Source: Pavona decussata (lineage: Eukaryota). From it: a stretch of 64,000 nt of DNA. Below the pieces are notes generated by a model. The model was not told where the DNA came from and made no database searches. It saw nothing but the letters and a program-made list of their open reading frames with translations. A program made the translations under genes and the position numbers. Position 1 is the first letter of the stretch. Every line of letters starts with the position of its first letter. Of this stretch, positions 25,769-37,498 are shown piece by piece. The stretch spans positions 2,480,001 through 2,544,000 of the forward strand of contig CDRNST010000036.1 of assembly GCA_977016875.1 (NCBI GenBank), read 5' to 3'.

Positions 25769-26727
25769 CCCTTTGACTCCTGAGCGCGCATTTACGCGCG
25801 CTTCCAAATTAGGGGTACGTTTTGACTTAAAAAAGGCTCATAGAGGCCCCATCTTTTGTCAAAAGACACTTAATTCGTCTTACATGAAGTTGTTTACGCA
25901 CTCGTTTCACTCTCACTTAGTATTCGCCAAATTAGACCAAATTTCCTCGACTTTTTTTAAGTCTGTTCGCGAGCACTTAAAAAATGGCGGATCGTATTGA
26001 TGACATGGCCGAACTACATGGAATAATCTTTGAAACGCCGGATAGCAGCGACGATTTCTTTTCAAGTTGGTCCGATTATTCAGAGTCGGAAAGTGCCGCA
26101 ATGCCACGTGGTTTTGAACAACGTGAACGAGCAAGCACCTCGACAGCTCCAGCACGTCGAGTATTGGTTGGAAGACGCCGCCAACAACAAAGAGCTGCTC
26201 AGCAAAACCCACCTATCGAGTGGAGTGCAACTAACGAAAGGTTTGTGGTTCAGTACCCTGAATTTAGAGGCCCTGAACATGGTCAAACATTTGACTTTGA
26301 GGTGGATTCCTTACCTGTTGTTTTCTTTGATGCATTGCTTACCAATGAGCTGTGGGATTTGTTGGTGACAGAGACAAATAGATACGCGAGACGGAAGATT
26401 GAAATAACTGGAATGTACTTCACAGAGTCTAAATACTTCGCAGAATTGCAATTTTTTCACTTTTCCTTTATACAAAGGTGAAAATTTAAACAAGAATGTA
26501 TGTAAAAGATCCATTTTTTCTCATTTCAGTCGCCATTTTGAATAAATTATTTTACTGGTGAATCATTAACCAAAAGTTAATAAATTATTTGGAATCCTTG
26601 ACATGTCTACTTTCTAAATATGTATGGTTATAGGTACTTAACTCTCAAAGGAAAGTTGGTAGAGGCTTTTTTATGAGTGTATGTCATGATTAACAAGAAA
26701 TTACTGAAAAACTCAGGAGTCAAAGGG
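25769..26727 (+). mobile_element. Internally deleted piggyBac with perfect TIRs
   Basis: TTAA|CCCTTTGACTCCTGAG ... CTCAGGAGTCAAAGGG|TTAA. Confidence 0.95.
25984..26481 (+). CDS. Truncated piggyBac transposase N-terminus (165 aa, no catalytic DDD domain)
   Basis: Kozak-like aaaATGG; acidic N-terminus, then PVVFFDALLTNELWDLLVTETNRYA (PGBD motif). Confidence 0.75.
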   Translation: MADRIDDMAELHGIIFETPDSSDDFFSSWSDYSESESAAMPRGFEQRERASTSTAPARRVLVGRRRQQQRAAQQNPPIEWSATNERFVVQYPEFRGPEHGQTFDFEVDSLPVVFFDALLTNELWDLLVTETNRYARRKIEITGMYFTESKYFAELQFFHFSFIQR

Positions 26728-27124
26728 TTAAAGCACATGAGCGTTCAATGAGAAATCTGATTCAGATGACAAAAATACTTAGAGGAAAAAAATTGTTGCA
26801 AGGGAATACCCAGCGAAAAAAACCCTCCTGCACTAAATAAATTATATTTCCTGTCGTATAATGCTGAAAAAAAAACCCTTCACCCTCGTATGTAAGGAAA
26901 AAAAATTCTATCACCAAAGATTCTGGGAAATAAAATTCTTACATCAACTGAATCACCCATATTCCCCCCCCCCCCCTCCCGTCCCCCAGTAAGAGTCAAG
27001 GTCGGCCCCTTACAATGTAGCAGAAAAGAAAAAGTTTTTACGTCAACAGCCATAGAACAGAAATAAAAAAGAAAAATAAGATGAGAAATATAGCTGTTTT
27101 GTTGTAAAATAAGGAAAAAGTGAC

Positions 27125-28460
27125 ATACCTCCATGCAGCCAGTCTTGATGAGCACTCCAAGAACAGATGCAGTAGCATTCATTTGTGAATTATGCTGCTT
27201 AAGCAATACAGACTTGGCAACAGCAGCACTTGGCAGCCACTTCACATCAGGCTCGCTTGTTGAAACACAACATGTCATAAGGAAAGAAAAGAACAGTGGG
27301 CTCTTTCTTTCCATTCATCACAAAGCAATTGAAAGTCAAAGCTGACTAGGTCGTCCATCCCACATTTCCTCAGTGAAGATGGGTTCTGTCTAGAACAGAG
27401 GCCATTCACTTTGTTTGGTAAGATCTTTAGAACATTTTTGACAACATCTTAAGCAACACAGCCTTGGCAACAGTAGCACTTGGCAGCCACTTCACATCAG
27501 GCTCGCTTGTTGAAACACAACATGTCATAAGGAAAGAAAAGAACAGTGCTCTCTTTCTTTCCATTCATCACAAAGCAATTGAAAGTCAAAGCTGACTAGG
27601 TCGTCCATCCCACATTTCCTCAGTGTTCCGTCTAGAACAGCGACCATTCGCTTTGTTTGATAAGATTAGAATATTTTCGACAACATCTTTAGTCAAAACT
27701 TTACATTTGACAACCGCAGTTGTGACTCTCTGTGGTGGACCATATGCAAGAGCCTTTCCTATGACTTTATAGTCCTTCAAGTGTTTTGTTCATGGTTTTA
27801 CTGGGATACTCTATGGTAAGGTTGACTGATGTGGCAGCAGCAACGCCATTACTTGGTTCAGATGGTTTACGTGATGAAACTGCATAACCACTGTAATGTT
27901 TAGGCGTAGAGGTCAAGAATTGTGATGGAGGAAAAACAAGAAACCTGAAATCTACCACCAGTCCTACAGGTATTCCATGGTAAAACAAAGAAGTACAAGT
28001 GGTAGGAAATCTGGATGGAGTACAATTGCCTGGCTGCATGGCAGGAAACTTCAATGATTTCACTGCACCACCACTCCAAGCGGAGGAATTCTGAAAGGGT
28101 TCTTAATGCGATACACGCGACATAACAGTTGATTGTTGTAGTTTTTCTGTGACAAGGCCTTCCTCTGCCATTGAATCCTTTCGTAGATGCTTGGTTCGTA
28201 AGCCACCTTTTTCAAAGTCTTTTATTCTCGTCTTTGAGCCAAAGATAGGTAATTGATAGTTTTCCACAATGAAGGAGTCGCTTGTAACAGTGTAGAGCAC
28301 AGATGAAAAGATTGCTCAACAAACGTTCTGTCACTGTGATGTCAACGGCACTTTTGATGAGACCTGAAATATCCATAGACCTTTTTCCAAAAATTGGTAC
28401 TCTGTCTTTTACCCAAGGTAGAGACACAAAAAGAACAGAATAAATCACTCCGAACAACCT
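27125..28460 (-). pseudogene. Decayed unclassified TE-type gene (possible DUF6589/Academ-like N-terminus) with an internal tandem duplication (27213-27380 / 27463-27630)
   Basis: RVPIFGKRSMDISGLIKSAVDI..LFIC..HCYKRLL and DDLVSFDFQLLCDEWKE..PLFFSFLMTCC..SVLLKQHNSQMNA; donor GAG|GTATGT near 27129. Confidence 0.4.
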
Positions 28461-28659
28461 TGGGAGTTACAACCATGCATAGACATAGCATGAGAGCATG
28501 AAAACCGAACGGAAGTGGCTGTTCAAATCAGCAAACGTTCATGGGAGAGGAAACCAGTGATGAACGCCTGAGGATGTGTGCGTGGGAGGCTAACATGCCT
28601 GTTGAATTTCATTGTATGTCCACAAAAACGAAATATAGGGCTTGCAATTTATGCTTGAG

Positions 28660-30120
28660 CTTGTGATATTCATTGTGGCATGTGTGGCAGAGCGCGACCT
28701 TGCACAAACCACCCTTAAAGCACGTCCCGACTTTATATCCTTTTAGTGTTCTTTGCTCGGCCTTTATGCAATGAACACACTTTCTCTTTCTACCCTGGAC
28801 ATGAACGGAAATGTATTCGCGAGCTACAGGTTGAGTCAGAGCCTCCTGAAATCGTCTTTTCCTCCTTCTTTGGCTACAACCATCAATTAGTTGTTTCTCT
28901 AGGTCAAGCCTGAAGGTGATAATGGGTCGCTTTTGTTTTTCTTGATTAGTGCGATAGATTGATTCGAAAATGAAACCATTAGAAACCGAAAGATTAAATT
29001 AAAACCAAAAGATATACCTATACCATTTCTGCAAGGAATAACCCATGTCTGCCGTGTAAACATCGATAACACGGGGCTTCTCAAGTTGAATATTCACCCG
29101 TTCTTTTTCTGTGGAACAAGGCATGATGGCTCGCTAGGCAAAACATTTGTGGAGAAGAAGGAAATTTCTCTTTTGTTATGCCATTTGATAAAAAATAATT
29201 TTACCGTGCTGAATGTACACTTTTTCCCCTGGTCAAAGTTTGTCCTTTGCGCATGGCGGCAAGTCTTTGCCATTGCTTTGTACTGTGCCAAAAGCATAAG
29301 TGCCTTGAGCAAGCAGATCTTCCGTAAACTTCGGGTTAGTAAAAAAATATATCAAAAAAGATATGGCTGTGCTTTTTGAGAAATGGGCTTACCATTTTCA
29401 TCGCAACATCATAACCTAGGCCATTGGCACAAGGAACATTCGCTTGTTTGCCAAGGCAAACAGAAAAGTTGCTTACATAGCCAATTTGCAAATCGGTGGC
29501 CATCTAGACTTTGATGCCGTATTTTGTCGGTTTTGCTGGCATATATATTGCTGAAATGATAGCCTGCCTTTAAAAGCAATATTGTAAAGCGATTTCTTTA
29601 TGGGGAAAGTTAAATTCTGGCGCGAGAAGGTCACCAGCGAGGCCAAAACAAAGAAGAAAATGGCAGATAGATGCTGAACATGAAAGTGGCAGCCCCAGCA
29701 GAGTTGACACGGGACACACACTTCCAACCGCTGTCAGTACGCGAGGCTGGGTGCTGAGGTTCGTTGCTTATTTTCAGCTGGTCAACAATGGCGAAAGTGG
29801 CTGGATTGTCGCCGGTATCTTCGATTTCGGACTTCAAACTGATGTTCGACTCTCCACTATCCTATCTGTCGTCTTCGAATTTCTCCGCTGCTGAGGCAGT
29901 TATTTTTATCCCGCTTGCCCCGATATCTATTGACGAGGATGGGTTTGAAAGAAAATCTGACTGGTTGTACCAAGAACCCTTGTCGCTCTCCGCCAGCTGA
30001 AGTTTTTTGGCTTCGTCAAATGATTTTTCAACCTTCTTTGGCCCCAGCTTTTTCTTGACGTTCAACCAAGGCTACTTTTCTACTTTCGCTTTCTTCATAA
30101 CAACCTTTTACGCAATGCTT
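28660..30120 (-). pseudogene. Degenerate piggyBac transposase
   Basis: FKGRLSFQQYI; FFTNPKFTEDLLAQGTYAFGTV; KWHNKREISFFST; KPRVIDVYTADMG; KWYRYIFWF; C-terminal Cys-rich CVHC..LCKVALCHTCHNEY. Confidence 0.8.
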
Positions 30121-30432
30121 GAATCCAAAATGGATGGCTGTTTCACAGTAAAATTTTACAGACAATGCCGTGACATGCAATCAACACAATGCAAAAAAAT
30201 ATATGCAAATTTGCCGGTTATTTGAGATGGCAGGTAAATTTTACCACGTAATATGTCAACACAGTCCCGCATAAATTGGATTATGACACCTTCACTCGCT
30301 CACTGCTTTGCCTACAAAACTTTGTTTTTCAGATAGCTCGCGTTCTTTTCAAGATTTCTAACTGCTGTTTTCACGAAACCTTTCATCCCTTTCTTGTTTC
30401 AACAATGAACTAAAAAAATATCTTCCCTTTAA

Positions 30433-31549
30433 AGGGACACAGTCACCTAGTGCACATGTGCATTAGATACCATTTCTTAGCTGATTTGCATATCACACTT
30501 CACCACAAGTCTCGCGCTGGGAAGCGCATCCTTTAAAAAATCTAAACAAACCTTGTCGAGTCGAAGTGTGTGCCAGTCAAAATTATTATAGTGATTATAG
30601 ACCTAATGTCATATTAGAACACTCATTTTCTTGATACTATGGAAAATCTAGGGATGGACTTGTCCAGGGAAAGCTAAACGTCAACGAATACCACTGAAGT
30701 CGAAGAATCATTTAATTGTTTATTTCGGTATCCGGTCGTGTGAAAAATTATCTTAGCTGTTTCTACGTTTCACAGTGTTTGCATAAGAAGCAAATTGAGT
30801 TCAAATATAAGAGAATATGTCAATTTTAAATCATAGCGAATCGCCTGAACTGCAGTGTGGCAAAACGACTTTGTAGCGAAACTACCGGTAAGCTTAATTT
30901 CTGCTTTCAATCACATATTTTGCATTTATAATTTCGTTTCCACAACTTCTCTGTTATCTAAATTTAGGAACCAAACCCATGTCATTACAAGAACGCTTGC
31001 TCGACCCGTAGAAAACAAGGTTCTTATACAGGTTTTCCTTGTCGCGGAGATAATCGACTGTGTACAGAAGCTTGTCTTCGTCTGAGGTCCAAACCAAGCA
31101 GCTATGACGCGAAGTTCGAATCGTTTACGAACATTCCCTCCGCACGAACCTTTCGCCAGGTTGAGAAAATGCGATTTTCCAAATATATATAATGGAGATT
31201 TGTTCTCCAATGTTTTCGATTGATTTCTCTTGTTATATTGGTCAACGCAGGCGATTTCTTCCGCACGGCGCCTTCACGTTTCCCACCTCTTCTTTTCATA
31301 TTCCGTTGGAGACGCGATCCATACTGTTTTTAACCAAATATGATGAAATAATACCATAGGATGACCAAAAGCATACTCAGAAACAGGTTTCCAGTAAAAG
31401 ATTGAAAATCCAATAAACACTGGGAAGATTGAAGCCGATTTCTAGATGTATTTGAAGCGTACTTTTGATTTCGGGTTGAAGCGGACATTTTTCAAAATTG
31501 ACAAATCTAGTGTCCAGGTCAGCGCGGTCACAAAGGTGACTGTGTCCCT
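30433..31549. mobile_element. Kolobok-type non-autonomous element
   Basis: TTAA|AGGGACACAGTCACCT ... AGGTGACTGTGTCCCT|TTAA, a perfect 16-bp TIR. Confidence 0.9.
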
Positions 31550-31559
31550 TTAAGTAACC

Positions 31560-31900
31560 TTAAATGTATTTAAAAGCTAATTTTAAGATAATGGTAAAGA
31601 AACGTTTTAGTCAAAACTAAAGGATAAAAATTTGTCGACAAGTGAACGTGCTTGGAAGGCAAATTTTCGTATAGGTTTTGTCCATGTCAGACTCGTTGTT
31701 TTCCAAATTATCAGTAGCCTAAAAGTTTTCACTGTCTACAAGCCGTGTTTAGTTGTTGCATCAGCTGTTGTTTCTATAACTAACGTTTGTGATGACATCA
31801 TGGTTTGCTTTTGCGGGTTGTAACAAGCCCAAAATAGATCAAGGCGGTCGGGATAAACAACTTGTGTATCATACTGGCTAGTTGGTTTCCCTTTTGTTTG
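31560..31900 (+). repeat. Dispersed repeat (31660-31900 recurs at 41930-42158; 31560-31635 recurs at ~60470 and ~61240)
   Basis: Near-identical gcatcagctgttgtttctataactaa...caagcccaaaatagatcaaggcggtcgggataaacaacttgtg; also gctaattttaagataatggtaaa...agtcaaaactaaaggataaaa. Confidence 0.8.
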
Positions 31901-33281
31901 GTGAAGTTTGTATTCCGGTTGCGGTTTCAAATTTGTTGGTTTTTTTTGGCGGCAAAGTTGAAAACTTTGCTCAAGTGCGACCTATACCTTATATCATAAA
32001 CAAATTGTATGCAAATGATGTTGTCATTTTCTTCGTGAAATCGTTAACTGGTTTATTTAAAGTAAAGATTACAAATACAGCGTGTATCTGAAAGTTCAGG
32101 TTTTGCTGTGAGGTTCACTGCTTTTGTTGGAGTCAACAAAGTTTTGGACTGCATATGATTCCCTTGTATTGAAATTCACTTTGTAACTAGCTGAGTACTA
32201 CAGTGTATTTTGATGCCTGTTGATGCTACAATTACAATTTGACATGTTCAACTTCTGGAAGTTTATTTATAATTATTAGTCAAGGTCTTAAAGTTTGAAC
32301 AGACCCCTTAAATATGATCAGAGAGAAGCTGTTATAGTCTTGCTTATTTTCTCCACTGTCTGCTCACTCCCATGAGAGATGAATACACTGTAAACAAAGT
32401 TACCATACTAAACAAATCAGATTTTTAACCAATTGTGTATCTAAGATGACAATGACACAACAAAGGGGTATTTTAGTGGATTTTTTTTACACAAACCCTT
32501 TTTTCTTAGGCTTTCTGTGATAGATTTTTAGTTTTTTTACTGGTATTTATCAGGTTGAAATAGGCACAAAGTGAGGCCTTAACCTCTCAGCAAGTCTTTT
32601 TGTGTTCCCCTGTCATCAAAGACTGCAGAATTAATGTGCATGCTGAAAAACACCTAACCCAAGAAATATGTTGCAAGTTCAGTCAAAGTGTACCAGACAT
32701 GACAATTGTATAGAAGAATAGGAGACTGTGAACAGTCCAAAGGAGTGGTATTTGTTTCAGCCTTTAAGTTGCGTATGGTTATTTTTGAAATACAGTTGTG
32801 GTCAGCAATGGGTTCATGTTATTGTTCGATAAGCATGCTGACGAAACTGTTACAAATTGCATTACAAATTCAATTGGGGTGACACTTCATCATAATAGAA
32901 ACCCAAGTTCGTTTTAATACTAATCAGTTTTAAATTTTTCTCTCTAAATTGTTTGTTGTATATTAGTTGTCAAGTGAATGAAAATGGCAGGGAACTGATG
33001 TTGATTCTTGTACAAGACCATATGCCATTTTCTTAGTTCATTATCTGAGTGTTAGACAACTATTGGGTAATTTATTATGGATTTAATGTGCAAAGAATTT
33101 CTGGTGAGCAGTTCTTGAGATATACTTTTTTTACACAAAAGTTTTCAGTAATATTATTATAAACAAAATATACTAATTACCAGTGTATCTTTCGTTGTTT
33201 GAGGCGTTTGAGGCTATAACTTGTACTGCAATATAATAGTAATTGTCATCAAAAGAAAAGCAGTGAGATGTTTATTTTCTG

Positions 33282-34008
33282 GCCCCAGTTGTTCAAAGAG
33301 CGGATAACTTTACCCACTGGATACGTCACTATCCAGCGGTGTAGATGTGCTCCAACTAATGCTTTTGGCAAGTTTTCCACGCAATCCCATATTTAACCCT
33401 TTCCCTACCGATTTTTTTTGTCCCATTTTTCCAAAACGGTAAAGAAAAACCCACCTTGCTAATGTAATATACCATTTAAAAGGTCTTGATGAGTGTGATT
33501 CATTTCTGAAATCAAGATAACTAAAGGAAGTCCGATCTTTGATAGAAATGGTTTTAAGACGAAAAAATTCAAAACTACAAAATTTCACTGATGGACTCAT
33601 GTGATAGGTATACCTCCAAACTGTAGCTTATTTTGCAGCTTTGAATGCATAGAACACTCTGGAATATGGGAAAGTCTGTAAATGCATTAAATGAAAATAT
33701 TCCACAAATCATAGGGGTGGTAAACCACATCATAGATACCAGAGGGTAGCATTTTTTCCTTTGAAATGCAAAGATCTTGCCAAGCCCAATTTGCCGACAA
33801 AATCTCACTGTAATTGAGCAAATGCAGACCACGTTATGAGTTCAGGACCCACTTTAGTGGGTCTCGGTAGGGGAAGGGTTAAAATTGACATATACTTCTA
33901 CTTTATTCACCAATTATGGGGCTATCGGGAAAATCTTGCACACATTTCGTGGTGTGGATAGCGACCTATCCAGTGGATAAAGGTATCCACTCTTTGAACA
34001 ACTGGGGC
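33282..34008. mobile_element. PIF/Harbinger-group MITE with CTG TSD
   Basis: CTG|GCCCCAGTTGTTCAAAGAG ... CTCTTTGAACAACTGGGGC|CTG. Confidence 0.85.
33397..33878. mobile_element. piggyBac-type MITE nested in the preceding MITE
   Basis: TTAA|CCCTTTCCCTACCGA ... TCGGTAGGGGAAGGG|TTAA. Confidence 0.9.
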
Positions 34009-34386
34009 CTGGACTACAATTGATGTTAACATTTCATTTATTAGGTGTGCTTAGATGTTATTTCTACCTTGGTAAGGTAATATTTTTATCACCAGTAAGT
34101 GTGTTGATTTGTCTCTTGATTATTAAGTATTTTCTAGAAGGTAAGCAAGCCATGTAGATTACATTATTAATAATAAAAATGAAAAAAGTGTTTTAAGTAA
34201 AGATGTTGGTTAATTCACAAAGGTGTTATATTAGTTTGGTACATGGTACATTGATGAAGCAATTTAGTGAGGTGTTTGTTTAAAATGAATTCATTGCATG
34301 TATTGTACTAAAAGGAAATTCAAACTGTCTGAAAGTTTGAAGAGCCGGTTTGAAATAAGGAACAAACCAACTATTATAATACCAGC

Positions 34387-34562
34387 GGGTCTAAGATGCA
34401 GGTCACAGGTTACAAGTTACAGGTTACAGATAATGGGTTAAAGGTACAACCCTAACGCTAATCTTACCTGAGATTAGGGTTACAGTTAAGGTTCAGTTTA
34501 GGGTTAGCGTTGTATAACTGCAACCTGTGATCCCAGCGTAGCTGTGATTTATGTTTTAGACC
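34387..34562. mobile_element. Small palindromic MITE with telomere-like hexamers
   Basis: GGTCTAAGATGCAGGTCACAGG ... TTTTAGACC; internal aaccctaa/ttagggtt variants. Confidence 0.5.
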
Positions 34563-35263
34563 TGTTGTTTTTAAACTAGGGAATGACTGCGTCTTTTAAA
34601 GTGAATCAATATACTTTGAGAAACCTTGAAACATGTTTGTCAATTTCTAAACAGATAAAGATTAAAGGAAAATTTAGCTTCATTGCTAAGTCTTTTCATT
34701 TGACGTAAACGTTCAACTTTTAAGTCTATCCATATGGGTCGACTTTCTATTAACAAAAGACAGGTGACATTTTCACAAGGGAATATTACACGTTTTTCAA
34801 CACTGGGTTAAGTGATTTCTCTATTTGAGAGCATGAAGTAGTTTCAATGTGATAAAAGAAGTTTTCTTGAAAGGATTTTATTGTGACAAATAGAGAATAT
34901 ACCTTTTTTTTTTTGCATGTCTGCAATGCACAACATCTATGGATCTTTTGAAAAGTTATGAAAAGTGACGAATGCAGTTCTCAAGAACTTGTCGAAACGT
35001 TGTCCAAAGAATCCCTCCTTGGTAGTGATGACTGTGCCATGGCGAATTTTTCAATTTGATCATCAAATCCCGCAGGAGCATCAAAGACAAATCCCGCCAT
35101 GTGTAAGGTGTTTTGTAAGCCTTAGTTGTGGTTTTCCAGGCTTGAAATTCGCTATGTAACAATTAACTTTACAATTTCAAGGCAATGATTCGATAAAAGT
35201 ATGATTAACATAGATTTTCAACGGTTAACACTGACTGCTCATGAAAAGAATAGATAGTCAGTA

Positions 35264-36808
35264 CAGTACCGCTCGAAACTATGGGACCATTTGCCGCGAA
35301 TTTGCCTCGGTCGATTCGCGGTTTTGATCTGCGGTTTCACCTAGGCAAAACCTCGTCTAACCGCAATAAAAACCTCGGTTTCACCTAGGTTTTTTTCGGT
35401 TGACTTAAGCCGCGGTGAAAGGCAGGACGCGGTTGGGTTTGAATAGGCTATTGTTCGCTTTGTTTTCATGTTCTTCGAGGACAATAAGCGAATTGTCGGG
35501 TTTTAGGTGTGATAAATTTCACGGAAGCGCACTCGCTCTCAAGGGAAATAATCAAAGCGCTCTGTGAGCGAACTCGTGAATTGAACTGGATTATGCCAAA
35601 AATTATTTGCTTAACGTGCAAAACAATTCATTAAACTTCACTCGCACAATTCCTTTCGATACGCGAAGCAACGCAAACTGCAAAGGTCAGTGAAAGCTCG
35701 AATGCTAGTCGACGAAAGAAGAGAGCGCTTCACGGTCTTTTTGAAGGAATTACAATGGAACTAGTTGGGTATAAGTGAAAAGGCACTACTAGTCCCGTTG
35801 TGGCTGAATAACAAACTGCAAGAGTCCAGGTTTCCTACCAAGAATCGCCGTAAATTAACTTACTATAATTTTTTTTCCGCGTTGTGTTGTTGCGGAATGA
35901 AATTTGATACACGTGAAGGAATTTGGTTGCCTAGCACGTGACTGAAATCTTCCCGGTGTTTTCATCATGGCACGGTACTTTCTACGTCCAAACGACGGCT
36001 TCTTTCAACGTTTTAAAACATCGGAAGGGGCTTTTCACTTTTGCTAAAGTTGCTGTTTTCGTTTTATCCAAAGTAAATATTAATAGAAATACGTCAAGCG
36101 TTGCGGTAATTTTCGCGTTTGTGTTTGCTCCAAGTGAATCGATCTTATCGCTCACACTCGATACCGAATCAAATCTATTACGAAGTTTTAGTTTTTCGAA
36201 TCCGGATTACATTGGCAATACATTTTGAGGGATTTTCACTTTGCTTTTCTCCGCGTCCGTACTGAAATCCAGTTGCATATTTTGAATTCAGCGTCGCTAT
36301 TTCGATTGAACTTTGTTGCGCATGTTACATCAATAGGAAGGGTTATCAGGAGGTTTATCAAACGAATAGAATATCTTCCTTGACTGTGTGGCGTAAACAG
36401 CAAGAATTAAACTGAAACTATGTCTTTTGCTCTGTGATTATTGCCTGTAGCGTGACAAAAACGGAACATGTCCCAAATGCAGAAAAGAAACTTTCGTCAG
36501 TGACTGCCAAACGAATTGTTATCGGTCGTTCGGTTTCCGACTCGGTGAGTCTTTACAAATTCTTTTGTTTGAGGGCTTCTTTAGGATGAAAGGTGAGGTA
36601 ATGTTTGACAATACCCTGACAATAGTAATTAGTCATTATTGTATTTTTACCGAGGCATTGCCGCGTCTAATTCCCCGCGGCTTTCGGTTGCTTTCGTCTT
36701 TGCCGCGGTTGCGGTTTTTGTCCCACCGCGGTGAATTCGCGGCAATCACGTTCGGCAAAGACGAGGTTTTACCGCGTGCAAATGGTCCCGTAGTTTCGAG
36801 CGGTACTG
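35264..36808. mobile_element. TA-flanked non-autonomous TIR element (Tc1/mariner-like)
   Basis: TA|CAGTACCGCTCGAAACTATGGGACCATTTGC ... GCAAATGGTCCCGTAGTTTCGAGCGGTACTG|TA; CpG-rich CCGCG subterminal repeats; no transposase ORF. Confidence 0.85.
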
Positions 36809-36888
36809 TACCTTTTAATAGAAGTGCCGTTAATTGTTGAAATGGCTACATGTCTTCCTGTTGATCGTGTGGAATTGGAAAGTCCCAA

Positions 36889-37330
36889 CTAGCAGGAGGC
36901 AGACCAGCTGGCTAAATCTAAACCTTCTTCTGTTTTTGTAACAACTTTGACTTTGACGTCAATTGTTGTATCGAATGGTGATAAGAAAGCTACTTCACTT
37001 AGTTTGGTGAGCTTGTTTGTAAAAGATGCATCATACTTGAAGTCTACAACTGCTGATTGAAGTTTAGTTTCCTTTTCGATGGGGAAGTCCATTTGGGATG
37101 CGTTTCTAGTATTTGGACTGAGCTGTCCATTTTTGTAGCATAACTGCGGGTTGCTTGTGTTATTGGTTGAGCAACTCATTGGGTTTATCTGACGAATGAC
37201 GTGACATGCTGGCAATTATGTGCAGAGGTCTGTATTTCTAAATTAAATTATTCTGTCTTGCCAGCATTCATAGCATTTTTTATCAGTGAAAACGTATGTA
37301 CAAATCCTGTTATAGTGGCTGTAGCTAGAT
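36889..37330 (-). pseudogene. Putative OB-fold (RPA-like ssDNA-binding) protein fragment
   Basis: ATITGFVHTFSLIKNAMNAGKTE*FNLEIQTS...KETKLQSAVVDFKYD..TKLSEVAFLSPFDTTIDVKVKVVTK shows a tandem-OB-like beta-strand pattern; preceded by the acceptor ttctttcatctag. Confidence 0.4.
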
Positions 37331-37498
37331 GAAAGAACAAAAAGAAGGAAAAACAAACTTTCTCACTCAGAGTATAGTATATATAAGGAGAGTCAAGAAT
37401 GATGACTATAAAAATAAAATAAATGAGGCTTATCAGCGGCACTTCCACATAGTGGCTATTTGTTGTGGGAAAACTTTGTCGTTAGTATTTGCAAAAGC

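Noticed and set aside
34440-34510. Interstitial telomere
   Set aside because: Only a few degenerate TTAGGG-like units inside a small MITE.
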